Virus record (IMG/VR): IMGVR_UViG_3300009873_000028
Strand: one strand, 5' to 3'
Length of the DNA: 64,000 bases
DNA from: an uncultured virus (IMG/VR IMGVR_UViG_3300009873_000028)
Lineage: Duplodnaviria; Heunggongvirae; Uroviricota; Caudoviricetes
The notes beneath the pieces were generated by a model, which was not told the origin of the DNA, ran no database searches, and saw only the letters and a list, made by a program, of their open reading frames with translations. Shown here piece after piece: positions 42,401 to 52,330 of this stretch; position 1 is the stretch's first letter, and each line of letters begins with the position of its first letter. A program made the position numbers and the translations under genes.

Positions 42401-45400
42401 TCGATCTGCCGTCCATCGAGGTAGTCCTCTACCAGGTTGCGGTACTCGTAGCCGCGCTCGAGGGAGGCCTTACCTTCGGCCACGTTCTTGAGGCGACCTT
42501 CCGCACCAAGCCTGTCGATGAAGCTCTTAAGCTCAGTCTCTCCCTGCTTGAGGTTCTCTTCGATGAACTTGCGCTTAGCTAGGCGGCTGGCCACTGTTTC
42601 AGGGATGATAAGTCCCCTAGCCTTGCGCGGCTTCGCGGCGAAGCGAGAGGTGAGGGTTCCTGGAACTTCAGGTTCTGCCTTACCCCTGAGCTTCTCGCTG
42701 CTCTTGAACTGGGACGCCTGGGTCTTGACGGTGAGTTCACCCTTGGCCGCGTCCGCTTCCAGCTGCTCGAGCCTGCGCATGCCAGCGCGGCCACCAGTTG
42801 GGGCTGCCTTCTCCGTGAGCGCGTCCATGCTGAGAGGCGTCTTCTCAAAGATAGGTGTGCCCTTAGCGGAGGTCTTCGGTACCGCGAAGCGTTCAAACGC
42901 TACAGGCTGAGCAGTAGTGCGTGCTGCCTTCCAAAGCTCTGAGCCCTTGATCTTAGAGAGCAGAGCTTCAACCTTGCTGACGTCTCTTCCTGCAGCCTTC
43001 CCAAGTTTGATGCTCTTCTCCAGGCTGTCTACCACCTTAGGCAGCATAGCCTTAGAAGTGGCAATCTTGCTCACCATTCTGGAAGGAGAGAAGACCTTTT
43101 CAGTACCGGGAACCTGTACAGTAGCAGGCACCAGCTGCTTGCCCTTCAGCTTGAGCCCAAGCTCTTCGCCCAGCTCCCGGATAGCGCGATCACCCTTGCG
43201 AAGCTGCTCTTCCAACACGTTTCCTAGTTCGTCAGCCCAGACGATCTGGGTGCGTCCCACTTCCTTCCGCGGCAGGGCTGCGCCCTTCCGCTGCACATAA
43301 GGAGATAGCTTCCGCTCTGGGAGGCGCTTCGCAGCTTCTCCAAGCAGCGGCTTCTTGCTTCCCCGCTCCTTCAGGTCCTCGAGGAGCCTTGCCCTACTCT
43401 CCTTCGCGGTGGCTCCCTCTGGGTAGCGAGAGAACCTTGGACGCTCTCCAAGCCTAGGCTGCATCTCTGCTGCGGCGATGTCATGTAGGCCCGTCATGAA
43501 GCGCTGAGCGATGGCCTCTGCCGAGCGAGCCACGCCCTTGATCGGCCTCGCCGCCCTAGCAAGTGCTAGCCGTGCCCGCAGTCTTCCTGCTGGTGTGAAG
43601 CCAACCTTACCTAGAACCTCCGCCGTAACCTGCTTTCCTGCGTTAAGTAGCTGCGCCACCCTCTGGGTAGCCATCTGGTCCGCGCGGCTTCCGGAAGCTG
43701 CGGAACCTAGCGGCTCGGGAGTCTCCAGCTTCCTGCGGAGGGGCTCCATGTTTTCTCTTCCACGGTAAACGAAAGGCTCCGCCTTCTTAACAGGCTTACC
43801 CTCCAGCTGCTCGGGAGCTGCTGGCTTAGACCTTTCTGCTACCTTGAGGGGTTCCTTCAGCCTCTCCCCGGTGTAAGGGATCCTAGCTGGCTTCTCCATG
43901 GTAGCAAGCTTCTGCATAGCAGCCCGGCGTGCTCGCTCATCCGCGGAGCGGGCCGCTTCTATAGCGCGCTGGCGAATCTTCTCGTTAACTGCTGCTTCCG
44001 CACTTCCGGTGCGAATCTTTCCCTTGCCGGTGAGCTTCGCCCGCTTCTTCGCCTTAGGCTTCTCCTTAGGCGGAGCGACCATCTGCTCCCGGAGCACTGG
44101 GGGTTCTGAAGGCTTAGCAGCTTCGGCTAGCTCCCTTGCCAGCTTCTCTTCTAGGATCCTCCGGCCTTCAGCATACTCCTCTGGGTAAAAGCCCTCACCC
44201 ATCTGGCGAGGCTCTTCGCCACCGCCCTTCTCAGCAAGCTTCGCGGCTCTGCGGCGTGCCCGCAGTTCCTTCATGCTCAGGCGATCTGCGCCTAGGAAAG
44301 TGTCAGTGGTAGCTCTGCGGAACTTAGCTCCGAGGAAGGGCACATGCTCAGCGAGCTGCCTTGCCCGCTCAGAGAGCTTCTCTGCCCAGGACTTAACCTC
44401 TTCGGTGGTGCCCCCCTTAGGTGGCTTCTGCCGGAGCCGCAGCACTTCCTTCGCAGCGTCCTCTGCTGCAGCTTGCTTCGTGCTGGCTTGCTCGAACGGG
44501 GTGCCTGGCTGCTCGAAGCGCTGTGGGCGGAGGGAAGCTCGGGTCATCCTGGGGCTTACCCCCAGCTGCCTAGGGCTCTGACCAAAGAGCCTAGGCGCCT
44601 TCGCCGTAACAGCCTTCAGCCGCTTGAAGAGAGCTGCGCCTTCCTTAGTTTCCTTCCCACCTAGCTGATTCCGGATGTACTTGTCTACATCGTTGTAGAC
44701 GCTCCAAAGCTCCCCGGGCTGGATGCCAAGCTCCTTGAGCTGCGCCACGTCAGTGACTCTACCTTGGGCGAAGGCTTTCTCCAGTTCATCAAGGGCTTCC
44801 ACGGCCTTAGGCTTCGCAGACCTTCCCACAGCAGCCTTGTCCTGGCGGCGTGCGCGCACGTAGTCCAGCACAGCCTTGGTGCGAGGAAGCTCTACGATGT
44901 CCGTCACGGGTGCCGTAGGCACCCGCAGCTGCCTGCCGGTGAGTGCCCGCATTGCTCGGTCAGGGGCCTTAGGCGCTTCAGGCTTCTCACTCTTTGGGTA
45001 GAACTCATCCCCTACAGCGCGTGGGCCTTCCACCTCCAGGGTGGGGTACGGAGCTTCGGGGCGATTGGCGAAATGCTCAGGGATCACCGGCCTAGCAGCT
45101 TCCGGCGTGCCCATGGTCTCGTGGAAGAGCTGGAGGTCCCGTAGTGGGAAGGTAGCTCCGTGAGGATGCGCTGCCTCTGGTGGGAGGAAAGCCCCCTTGA
45201 GCAGGCCAGTGCGCTCAACGTCTCCTGCGGCTTCAGCTAGTAGCGGGTGATTCTTCACCGCGTCTGCTATCCCTTGCTCCCTGAAGAGCTGGGTGTAGCT
45301 CTTCAGCCGGTCGTCAAAGTGACTGCCGGAAGCATGCCCTGCCTTGGTGCCTGGAGGTCCAGGAAGCATCCCGGACGCGCCACCACGCTCGGTCGCGTGC

Positions 45401-46362
45401 TGCATCTCGTGTGCTAGGAGCTGGCGGAGATTTTCCACTACTCCCTGGGCATCCTGGGCATCCCTCAGCGCCCTAACGATCCCGTAGCGACCTAGGGTCA
45501 CCACGTTGTCTTGCTGGTGAGCAAAGATAGGCAAGCTGGGGTCCACCACTAGGCGCTGCGGAGGCATAGCTGGAACTTCCCCAGGGAAGGCCCCCTCGAA
45601 GCCGCCGCGGGCAACTACTTCGTGCAGAGCCTTCAGGGTATTGTTGGCGAGGTACTCTACTCCGCTGATAGCTTCAGGGCTAAGCTGTACATCCGGTGCA
45701 GAAGTCTTGGCGGTCTTGAAGTAAGGGTGCGCCTGCATGGCGTCAGAAGCGGCGGCTGCGGCAGCTGGCTTAAGGTTTCTTGCTGCGGCAAGGCCTATCC
45801 CACCACCGCCTATGCGTACTCCGCCGAAAGCTGCACGGAGGGGGTCCCTTTCCTCTACCCCCTTGAAGATGTCTCCTGCTCCCATGGCCACGTCAGCAGC
45901 GCTGACAGCCTTGAGCGCCCCAGCTCCAGGAAGCGCTCCTGCTACGCTGGTAGGAGTAGCTAGACCCTTTCCTGCCTCCCCTCCAGCCTTCATGCCTTCT
46001 GCTATGGCACTGTAGGTGTTAGGATCCCCCAGGGCTTGCCAGGGTGGACGCTCGCCCGCGGTGAGGGTGCCGGCTGCTGCAAAGGGCGCACCAATGAGCT
46101 TTCCGGCAGCTTCCAGTCCCTTAAGCCCTGAGGCTACCTTAACTCCTTCAGCTAGGGGCTTAGGAAGGTACTTGTCAAGCCCGCGCTCAGCAGCTAAGCC
46201 GCTGAGGTTCTCCTGCTCGTAAGCGCTGATGTCTCCTAGCGGCGCAAGCAGAGCTTTCCCTGCGGCCTTCCAATTGAAAGGCCTAGGAGCTGGGGGACCC
46301 GACATCTCGTCGGGGTTCCCTGCTGAACTCTCCTGGTCTAGGAGGTCTTGATAGTAACCCAA
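39430..46362 (-). CDS. Giant (2310 aa) probable internal virion/ejection polyvalent protein
   Basis: Follows other ejection-like genes; two HExxH motifs (AHEMQH, IHELAH); long basic helical middle; TDFGKIKVG C-terminal region. Confidence 0.7.
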   Translation of the reverse strand: MGYYQDLLDQESSAGNPDEMSGPPAPRPFNWKAAGKALLAPLGDISAYEQENLSGLAAERGLDKYLPKPLAEGVKVASGLKGLEAAGKLIGAPFAAAGTLTAGERPPWQALGDPNTYSAIAEGMKAGGEAGKGLATPTSVAGALPGAGALKAVSAADVAMGAGDIFKGVEERDPLRAAFGGVRIGGGGIGLAAARNLKPAAAAAASDAMQAHPYFKTAKTSAPDVQLSPEAISGVEYLANNTLKALHEVVARGGFEGAFPGEVPAMPPQRLVVDPSLPIFAHQQDNVVTLGRYGIVRALRDAQDAQGVVENLRQLLAHEMQHATERGGASGMLPGPPGTKAGHASGSHFDDRLKSYTQLFREQGIADAVKNHPLLAEAAGDVERTGLLKGAFLPPEAAHPHGATFPLRDLQLFHETMGTPEAARPVIPEHFANRPEAPYPTLEVEGPRAVGDEFYPKSEKPEAPKAPDRAMRALTGRQLRVPTAPVTDIVELPRTKAVLDYVRARRQDKAAVGRSAKPKAVEALDELEKAFAQGRVTDVAQLKELGIQPGELWSVYNDVDKYIRNQLGGKETKEGAALFKRLKAVTAKAPRLFGQSPRQLGVSPRMTRASLRPQRFEQPGTPFEQASTKQAAAEDAAKEVLRLRQKPPKGGTTEEVKSWAEKLSERARQLAEHVPFLGAKFRRATTDTFLGADRLSMKELRARRRAAKLAEKGGGEEPRQMGEGFYPEEYAEGRRILEEKLARELAEAAKPSEPPVLREQMVAPPKEKPKAKKRAKLTGKGKIRTGSAEAAVNEKIRQRAIEAARSADERARRAAMQKLATMEKPARIPYTGERLKEPLKVAERSKPAAPEQLEGKPVKKAEPFVYRGRENMEPLRRKLETPEPLGSAASGSRADQMATQRVAQLLNAGKQVTAEVLGKVGFTPAGRLRARLALARAARPIKGVARSAEAIAQRFMTGLHDIAAAEMQPRLGERPRFSRYPEGATAKESRARLLEDLKERGSKKPLLGEAAKRLPERKLSPYVQRKGAALPRKEVGRTQIVWADELGNVLEEQLRKGDRAIRELGEELGLKLKGKQLVPATVQVPGTEKVFSPSRMVSKIATSKAMLPKVVDSLEKSIKLGKAAGRDVSKVEALLSKIKGSELWKAARTTAQPVAFERFAVPKTSAKGTPIFEKTPLSMDALTEKAAPTGGRAGMRRLEQLEADAAKGELTVKTQASQFKSSEKLRGKAEPEVPGTLTSRFAAKPRKARGLIIPETVASRLAKRKFIEENLKQGETELKSFIDRLGAEGRLKNVAEGKASLERGYEYRNLVEDYLDGRQIDFEEEYVLHRGELGKFKEQLRRKLDAEWEQIQVEGAEGRVTARAQTRVRKAYEEALLPKETQEWLDKQTIPRTPGGGGVVSVRPKDAKTSGTSTPGMVDWVKAQVALGKLKPTEELPAIDYLRTKQRKFEESVGRGVSAKQRERYKMKSLAGRGEDLMERIAIQLEKEGPVADSTPDPWDLEAPREAGYSWRPEGEVADTAILKNPAERRIIDRTFNMASAALNKIKPIAARLLAQPELANLKIQLGKHIPTSYAPQRRAMILNYADLRYSPETVVDNVIHELAHHVAGPHERRSSLELPGGKVGEVSEALVSPHTKANMIKRAGASAQEAKFYRAYNILENSPEIQKLKAEFEKNIKRMQAQEPALENIPLRRGRQLDLFSEEPREVGRGFYSEEVAALEKKLNKVHQVKESTGARGSWQAWETVGEWANVTRPLKTMADVSAAFRQMFLLTSDQIAQDIANLFTRKRYNPQADASFVQNMWDSLKVFGTQKNADAATAALKADPWFRMGEKMGVNYIYEGAGQHEAWVGFDKLHKVISAVEKKVPPARALRWLADGSKRSFAYYINKGMRDATKFGLEYLKYLHDVDPQAFKITKKEEFKTLAEHINTAASRAKLPGGEKINKFVNHIFYSGQLNFSRGKYLWDLTGGRGFKSYKNPALTRYARRQFMRAVAGASAVNGFVLTLAALTGQEPTVELDSRSTDFGKIKVGDIVYDGGGGWFQFLRAGRQVISGEEKDRETGIIEKKNVGGTIWNFLRSKLGPGAGAVIDTLAQRNLEGQAIDFKNAPVSAATTLAWNLVEPMSVSDMNAVVKENPQVSWLIPMMLMGNGIQEDLPRGAKAWRTDEDVKMRERANRKELRLRGVAGPNLGTTVPLPGRDSSGRLNYYNMTPAELEEFQKEYMPLVTKLLNDFVNSQAYAKIPEERKRARLRSKVHQLNQRFGVATRKRGEYRKKFKTGEVERSNRENEEVMSEFMGGRISRPRLPGEDEE

Positions 46363-46365
46363 GGT

Positions 46366-47571
46366 TTACTCGCTTTGCATTGCCTGGTAAAGGAACATCA
46401 ACATGTCGGCCTCGTCGGTGCGGGGGTCGAAGGCTTGGCCCTCCACTATCCACTTCCCGGCGTTGGTGGGATCCACGTAGTTGGGTGGCTGGATGTCCAC
46501 TCCGATGGCTTGGGCAGCCCGAAGGATAGCTTCCTTGTTCTGCATGACCGCTTTCACAAGTGAACGCTCGGTGACCACAGGCTTGCCGGTCTCTTCGTCC
46601 ACTTCTGGGAAGAGCCTGATCTGGTTCTGGACCAGGTTGTTGATGTTAGCCATGGTGCGGCGGCGCTTCTGATCGTCCAAAGTGTCCTGGCGGCCCTGCT
46701 GGTTGATACCTGCTACTGCCTTCCTACCTCTGATCTGCTCTTCCAGCTGAGCTAGGCGGAAAGCACGCTCTTCCCGCTTTTGCTCTCTATCACTAGAAAG
46801 CTTCAGGTACTCACTCCGAGTGACAGGTGTGCCTTCGTAGTTGTACTCACCCTTTTGCTCCATCGGCTGCGCGAGTCCCTGAGCCTCCCGCTCCTTCTGA
46901 AGTAGACCCTCTCCAGCCACTTGCTGCTTCACCTTCGTGAGCATTCCCACCTGTTCCAGCTCCGGCCTGAACCTCTGAACCTCTGTGAGGAACATGCTCA
47001 CATTCTTCTCGTTGTCTACCTTCCCGTCCTGCATGTCCTTGTCGAGGGCAACCTTGGCTTGGGCGAGAGAGGCAAACTTAGGGTCAGTGAGCACTTCCGG
47101 CGGAAGCGCTTGGCTCTGTTGGAAGGCTCCTTCCCACATGCTGTGCCGGCGGTTCAGCTGGTCTAGCTGCTCCTGCTTGAAGCGCTGCACATGCGAGGGA
47201 GCTTCCACCCCTTGCATTCCCTTGCCGGTTCTTCCGAAATCGCTTAGCAGAATGCTGGCGTTCTTGAGGATCCCGCCCCAGTCGCGCTTGGGCTTGCTGA
47301 AGTCTCCTTCCACCGAGACCTCTGGTCTCGATGGGGCGAAGGTAGGGGTTGCCCCCAGCGCGGGGCTGCTCTGCGCTTGAGGAAGGCTTTGCATCAAGCT
47401 AGCGAGCGGAACTTCCCAGTCCGGCTTGGCCTGCGCCCCAGCTCCGGTTAGCTCCACGCTGTCCTGGAAGCCTTGCACTTCCTGCTTTGCCTGAGGATCC
47501 CCTGCTTCAGCTCGCTCAAAGAGCTTCTTCAGCCTCAGGGTGTCCATCATGTTGCTAAGAGGCATCGCCAA
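46366..47571 (-). CDS. Probable internal virion/ejection protein
   Basis: Gln-rich helical protein; position in operon. Confidence 0.6.
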   Translation of the reverse strand: MAMPLSNMMDTLRLKKLFERAEAGDPQAKQEVQGFQDSVELTGAGAQAKPDWEVPLASLMQSLPQAQSSPALGATPTFAPSRPEVSVEGDFSKPKRDWGGILKNASILLSDFGRTGKGMQGVEAPSHVQRFKQEQLDQLNRRHSMWEGAFQQSQALPPEVLTDPKFASLAQAKVALDKDMQDGKVDNEKNVSMFLTEVQRFRPELEQVGMLTKVKQQVAGEGLLQKEREAQGLAQPMEQKGEYNYEGTPVTRSEYLKLSSDREQKREERAFRLAQLEEQIRGRKAVAGINQQGRQDTLDDQKRRRTMANINNLVQNQIRLFPEVDEETGKPVVTERSLVKAVMQNKEAILRAAQAIGVDIQPPNYVDPTNAGKWIVEGQAFDPRTDEADMLMFLYQAMQSE

Positions 47572-48985
47572 GCTCCTTCACAGCGTTGAGGGTGAGTGCT
47601 AGCAGCCCGTAAGAGTCAACCCGCTTGAGCCCGTCGGGACCCTCTTCTACCAGCTCCGGTGCTACCTTCTCCACGTCCTGGGCCATCACACCAAGCCTTC
47701 TACGCTCCGGCTCAAAGGTGTAGTTGTAGGAGTACACCGGGATTTGCTTAAGAGCTGAAAGGCTAGGAAGCTCTTCAATGTTTTCCTTCACCCTGATGTC
47801 GCTGAGCACACCGAAGATACGGTCGAGGGTGCTAGGCTTATTTGCCTTAGCTTGGGCGTTGATTGCATTGATCTGCGCCTGCCGGTCGAGGGCGTTCTGA
47901 CCAGTCTGCCAAGCCCTGCCAGCGCCGGTTTGATCCGCGAACTGTTGCTGTGCAAGGTTCTGTCCTGCCCAGCCGAGGCCAAGCTGTCCCTGACCTAGGC
48001 GCTCTTGCACGCCAAGGCCTCCCCAGCCAAGCTGGTTCTGCATATCAGCCTGACGGGCCTGCTCATTCAGTCCAGCGTACTGGAACGGTAGCTGCCCCTG
48101 CCAGTTGAACTCATGACCTAGTAGACCCTGAAGCTCGCCTCTTGCTTGCCCTGCGGCGGCCTGACGCATCCCGCCTAGGCTAGTAAGCTTCTGCTCCTCG
48201 AGTCGGGCTGCAGCGGCGTCCCTTGCTGGCCCAGGTGGCATCGCCATAACCTGTTGCCTAGCTTGGTCTACCTGATCCTGGAACTGCTGTGCTCCACCCC
48301 AGCCCATGTAGTTCTTAAGGGCTTGCTCGGGATCCTGAGCTGCCTGAAGGCCGGTGCTTGCGAGGTACTTGTAGATGGGGTTGTCGAACTGGTTTCCACC
48401 ACCAGCTCCTCCGTAGCCACCACCGCCGCCCGCGCCTCCGCCACCACCTGCTCCGCCGCCGCCTGCCTGGTCCCCAGGGATGCAAGGGTCGGTCTCATTC
48501 GGGCCGCTAGGCACGTAGCCAGGCCTACACTCCGTAGGCTTGTCGAAGAAGCCGGGCTCGCCACGCATGCTGCGGTACTTGCCCGCGTTTGGCCCATCCT
48601 TCACGGCGTACTGGTCCCACTGAGCGAGTACTTCGTTGCTGAAGCGCGCTAGGTCCTCAGGGCGCTGCCCGCCCTGCTGCTGGCTGTACCAGGTGCGGTA
48701 GTCTTGCGCTCCCTGCTGAGAACCGTAGATGGCATTAGGGTCGGAGCCCCTCTGCCCCTGGTTATAAGCTGCGTTGGCCTGGTTTACTGCGGCGTCAGTG
48801 CCAGTGCCCTGGGTGCCGGGAGCCCTCTGGGGTTGAGCTGGTTGAGCTGGTTGCTGAGGAGCGGATGCTGGCTGCTGGGCAGGCTGAGGCATGTTAGCCT
48901 GGGCCTGGTTCCTACTCCATTCCGAGTAGCTTCCGCCTGGTCTACCTTGAGCCTTAAACTCTTCATACGGATCAGAATAAGCCAT
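47555..48985 (-). CDS. Gly/Gln-rich virion protein with C-terminal peptidase S74 chaperone domain
   Basis: SDIRVKENI..YSYNY..GVMAQDVEKVAPELV..VD. Confidence 0.8.
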   Translation of the reverse strand: MAYSDPYEEFKAQGRPGGSYSEWSRNQAQANMPQPAQQPASAPQQPAQPAQPQRAPGTQGTGTDAAVNQANAAYNQGQRGSDPNAIYGSQQGAQDYRTWYSQQQGGQRPEDLARFSNEVLAQWDQYAVKDGPNAGKYRSMRGEPGFFDKPTECRPGYVPSGPNETDPCIPGDQAGGGGAGGGGGAGGGGGYGGAGGGNQFDNPIYKYLASTGLQAAQDPEQALKNYMGWGGAQQFQDQVDQARQQVMAMPPGPARDAAAARLEEQKLTSLGGMRQAAAGQARGELQGLLGHEFNWQGQLPFQYAGLNEQARQADMQNQLGWGGLGVQERLGQGQLGLGWAGQNLAQQQFADQTGAGRAWQTGQNALDRQAQINAINAQAKANKPSTLDRIFGVLSDIRVKENIEELPSLSALKQIPVYSYNYTFEPERRRLGVMAQDVEKVAPELVEEGPDGLKRVDSYGLLALTLNAVKELGDAS

Positions 48986-48987
48986 GT

Positions 48988-49374
48988 TTAATCCTTGTAC
49001 TTTCTAAGGTAGGCCTTAGCAGGCTCAATAAGATGACCCAGCTGTTCTAGTGTAGCAACCAATCTACGGTTGCAAGAGTTGCAAAGCAAACCACGTACAC
49101 GACCTGTGACATGATCGTGGTCAACGTCTAACAGTCTAGGGATCAGGTATTTAGTTGGCTTTTTGCGACTAGGTTTCCCCGGTTCTTTGCAGATGGCACA
49201 GACCCCACCCTGGGCTTCCAACATCTTATGGTAGTCATCTAAACTTATTCCGTAACGGTGCTTAATATGAGCACGCTGCTGGTGTAGTGACTTTTGCCGC
49301 TTATAGCATTCTGGACAACGTACATGCTGTGTTTGATCGTATTCGTGTTGTTCTGTCCTGCCCCTACATTGCAT
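48988..49374 (-). CDS. Endonuclease VII-like homing endonuclease
   Basis: RYGISL..QGGVCAIC..VDHDH.TGRVRGLLC..CN; lower GC than flanks. Confidence 0.9.
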   Translation of the reverse strand: MQCRGRTEQHEYDQTQHVRCPECYKRQKSLHQQRAHIKHRYGISLDDYHKMLEAQGGVCAICKEPGKPSRKKPTKYLIPRLLDVDHDHVTGRVRGLLCNSCNRRLVATLEQLGHLIEPAKAYLRKYKD

Positions 49375-49562
49375 CGTTTATCCTCTCAAACGGCCCGCAG
49401 CATCCGGGGCGGTTAAGCCCGAGAAAGACCTTGAGTGCCGCCCAAGTTCTCCCCCCCACCTTGCCGCGGCACTCCTTGCAGAGCCAGTGCTTGCACCGAG
49501 GGCAGTACGCCGTCCCGGGTTGATTGAAGCCACGACAGATGTGACAGACATAGATTATACCT

Positions 49563-49943
49563 TTAGGTGATGGTTGTGTCCAGGGTGGGTTCGAAGGGGA
49601 CCCCTGGAGTGAGGCTAGCGTTGACATAGACCAAAAGCCCTCCGGAAGTAAACTCTAGAATCACGGCGGAGGTAGAGTCAGCCACCCACTGACCTGCGGA
49701 GTCAACATACGCCCCCCGCGCAAGGGCGCTCTTCTCAAGATCGTCTCCGTAGCGCGAGAGGTAGAAACCGCCTACCTGAAAGTTCTTTCCCTTCCCGGCT
49801 TCGATGGTGAGCGGCAGCGTTCGACGGGTGGTTTCAGTCTTTCCCTCCAAGCGATCTAAGCGCTCTGAGAGCTTAGCCAAGGCGTTGTTAACTGCGGCTT
49901 GGGTAAACTTCCCCTCGACTTGAACTCTGCTGCCCGCTCCCAT
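49563..49943 (-). CDS. Virion-operon hypothetical protein
   Basis: TAATG-coupled to the nozzle-like gene. Confidence 0.65.
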   Translation of the reverse strand: MGAGSRVQVEGKFTQAAVNNALAKLSERLDRLEGKTETTRRTLPLTIEAGKGKNFQVGGFYLSRYGDDLEKSALARGAYVDSAGQWVADSTSAVILEFTSGGLLVYVNASLTPGVPFEPTLDTTIT

Positions 49944-52330
49944 TAGGTGCCTCCACCCTTACGCAGGTAGGCTGCGTAGCCAGCCTGGCTGAATGGAGTC
50001 AAAGCTTGGTAGCTGTTTCCCGTCTGCCACGGCTTAGCGAAGAGCACACAGTCCTCACCGTAGAGCCGGAACGGCTCTACGCTGTCTAGCTTGAAGCTCC
50101 ACACATTTCCCAGCCTTGAGAGCAGCTCTACGTAAATCTTCTTCCTAACCCCGTTGGTGTTGGGTATCACATGGGTGTACACGTCATCCCTTCCGTCAAC
50201 TCCGATGGTAAGCGTGATCGGTGCGTTGCTGCGTACTCCCCAGTAGGAATCCTTGATGTGGTATGGCCCACTCTGGCCCAGGCTCTGTGGTGGATGCTCC
50301 CAGTGCAAGGTGTCCTCTTCGTCTTCACGGAAGAGCACTAGGGCCTGGTAGAGCTTAGGCCGGAGGTTAGGCTCTTCGTTCCAAGCGAAGTCCAGGCTGA
50401 GGCTCCGAGCATAGTAGTCCGAGAGGCTGAAGCTCTGTACCCTTCGCCCACTCACATCTCCCTGTGTGTCAGTGGTGAAGCTGGTACCAGTGTCTTCTTC
50501 CGAGTTGTAGTACGGGGTGATGGTGATGTCTACTCCCCTTGGGTCGTAGTCCAGGATGAGCACACCCCACTCCTTGTGGGTGAGCGGAGCGCCCCCATCC
50601 ATGGCTGCACTTCTAAACTGCGCGTTGAAAGCTTCGTCGGTGTTCTCAACTACGTCGTCGAAGACCTTGATAAGCTGAGTGTTGTAGCTGCCCAGGAGCA
50701 GCTGGTTCCAAGGAAGCCCTTCGTTGAAGTAGGCGGTGCCGAAAGTGTTGGGGCTCCACTCGAGCCACCTGCCACCTTGCACGTCGTAAACTAGGTGGAA
50801 CACCGAGCCTGTGCTCTTCCCCTTGTAGAAGAAGTGCAGCTCTTTGTTGGTGGCCTCCATCCTGATGCTGTCCGCGTTGGTGTAGTCAATAGCCTCTAGG
50901 TCACCCCTAGCTTCTCCCCGGAAGATCGGCTTGAGCGTCTCGTCGGTAATGTTAACTGGAGGATTTGGCTGGCAATCCGTGATGTAGATACCGTCCTTCG
51001 AGCAGATAAACACCATGTTGGGGGCGACAGCAAAAGCATGCCGTCCCGCTGCACCAATGCCAATGGGCACTTCACGAGGCGAGAAGGCAGGCTGAGCTTC
51101 TGGCCCTGAGAAGTCCAGAGCGTATAGGCGCTTGTCGCTGAAGACGTAGGGGTTCGCACCGAAGATGAAGCCATTAAGTAGGTCCTCCCCTGGATCACTT
51201 ACCGCGTTCACGTCATAGCTAGGGTCGTGACGGGCTAGGTCGGTGAGCTTGTTCCAGTAGATATAGTTCTTTCTTACCGGGTCTCCCACCCAGAACACAT
51301 ACTTCCCGAGGAAGGGGCCAAAGGCGTAGTTGAACTTCTGACCAGTGCTGGTTGCACCAGCACTGTCGATAGTGTTGAATACCTCCACTGCGTCAGTGTC
51401 CAGGGCTTCGTTGAGCGCCAGGTCAGCGTCAGTAGTGGTGTCGTCGAAGGTTTGGCCGGCTCCAGCGTTAGTAGAGGTGGCAGCACCCACCAGGCGCCAG
51501 GTGTTAGCTAGGCTGCCTCCCAGTCTCCAGAAGCGGGTGTGTGAGAAGTTTCCGTAGGTGTTAGTGTCGTTGTAGGTGACCCTTACCCCTTGGTTGCTGA
51601 GACTTATCACCGAGCTGATCGCGCTGGGTGGTCCCTGGAAGCCGGTGGTCGCGTCGTACCCGCTGGTGCGGTAGTAATAGTCACCCGTGAGGCCAGTGCC
51701 GTTGGTGGCAAGGGTTGGTGCTGCTGCAGGCTTAGGAATTCCCAGTCGCTTAGCATTGAACGTCGGCACACTGGTGAGGTTGTAGTACCCAGTGTTGATG
51801 TTCTGAGTAGTGTGGGGGGAGTCGAGGTCCAGGTCTACCAGTTTAAGGTACCACTGCCCATCGATCAGGATGATGTGGAGGCCGTTAGGGCTGGAGGTCC
51901 TCACCACACTTAGTCCTGTGGGGTCCAGCACCGCGTAGGTGGCGTAGCCGGTTTGCTTCCTTACCACCGCGCCGTTGATGAAGGTGCGATAGGTGGAGTC
52001 GGAGTAACCCGAAGGGAGGGGAGTGCTTCCGTGGATGCTTAGGTAACCTTCTACGTCATCATCCCCGTCTACGGTGATCTGGCCCAGATAGCGGATGGCC
52101 CTAAGTGGTCCTGTGCTCCAGCCGCTTGGGTAGGCGTAGCTGTGACCTCCCAGGGTGAGCTGGTCCAGGAGCAACGCACCAGTAGGCCGGCGGCCTTCGA
52201 TAACTCCTTCGACGTTGGCGCGCAGGTTCAGCGCGCGGGTGAGCTGCCCAGCTTGGAGCTGCTCAGGCGGACTAGCTAAGTTGAGCCCTCCCAGGACGAA
52301 GCGGAGATTTAAGTTTCTGTAGTCAGCCAC
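49943..52330 (-). CDS. Probable tail nozzle / DNA stabilization protein
   Basis: 795 aa beta-rich; N-terminal F..GGLN..P; typical podovirus position. Confidence 0.65.
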   Translation of the reverse strand: MADYRNLNLRFVLGGLNLASPPEQLQAGQLTRALNLRANVEGVIEGRRPTGALLLDQLTLGGHSYAYPSGWSTGPLRAIRYLGQITVDGDDDVEGYLSIHGSTPLPSGYSDSTYRTFINGAVVRKQTGYATYAVLDPTGLSVVRTSSPNGLHIILIDGQWYLKLVDLDLDSPHTTQNINTGYYNLTSVPTFNAKRLGIPKPAAAPTLATNGTGLTGDYYYRTSGYDATTGFQGPPSAISSVISLSNQGVRVTYNDTNTYGNFSHTRFWRLGGSLANTWRLVGAATSTNAGAGQTFDDTTTDADLALNEALDTDAVEVFNTIDSAGATSTGQKFNYAFGPFLGKYVFWVGDPVRKNYIYWNKLTDLARHDPSYDVNAVSDPGEDLLNGFIFGANPYVFSDKRLYALDFSGPEAQPAFSPREVPIGIGAAGRHAFAVAPNMVFICSKDGIYITDCQPNPPVNITDETLKPIFRGEARGDLEAIDYTNADSIRMEATNKELHFFYKGKSTGSVFHLVYDVQGGRWLEWSPNTFGTAYFNEGLPWNQLLLGSYNTQLIKVFDDVVENTDEAFNAQFRSAAMDGGAPLTHKEWGVLILDYDPRGVDITITPYYNSEEDTGTSFTTDTQGDVSGRRVQSFSLSDYYARSLSLDFAWNEEPNLRPKLYQALVLFREDEEDTLHWEHPPQSLGQSGPYHIKDSYWGVRSNAPITLTIGVDGRDDVYTHVIPNTNGVRKKIYVELLSRLGNVWSFKLDSVEPFRLYGEDCVLFAKPWQTGNSYQALTPFSQAGYAAYLRKGGGT

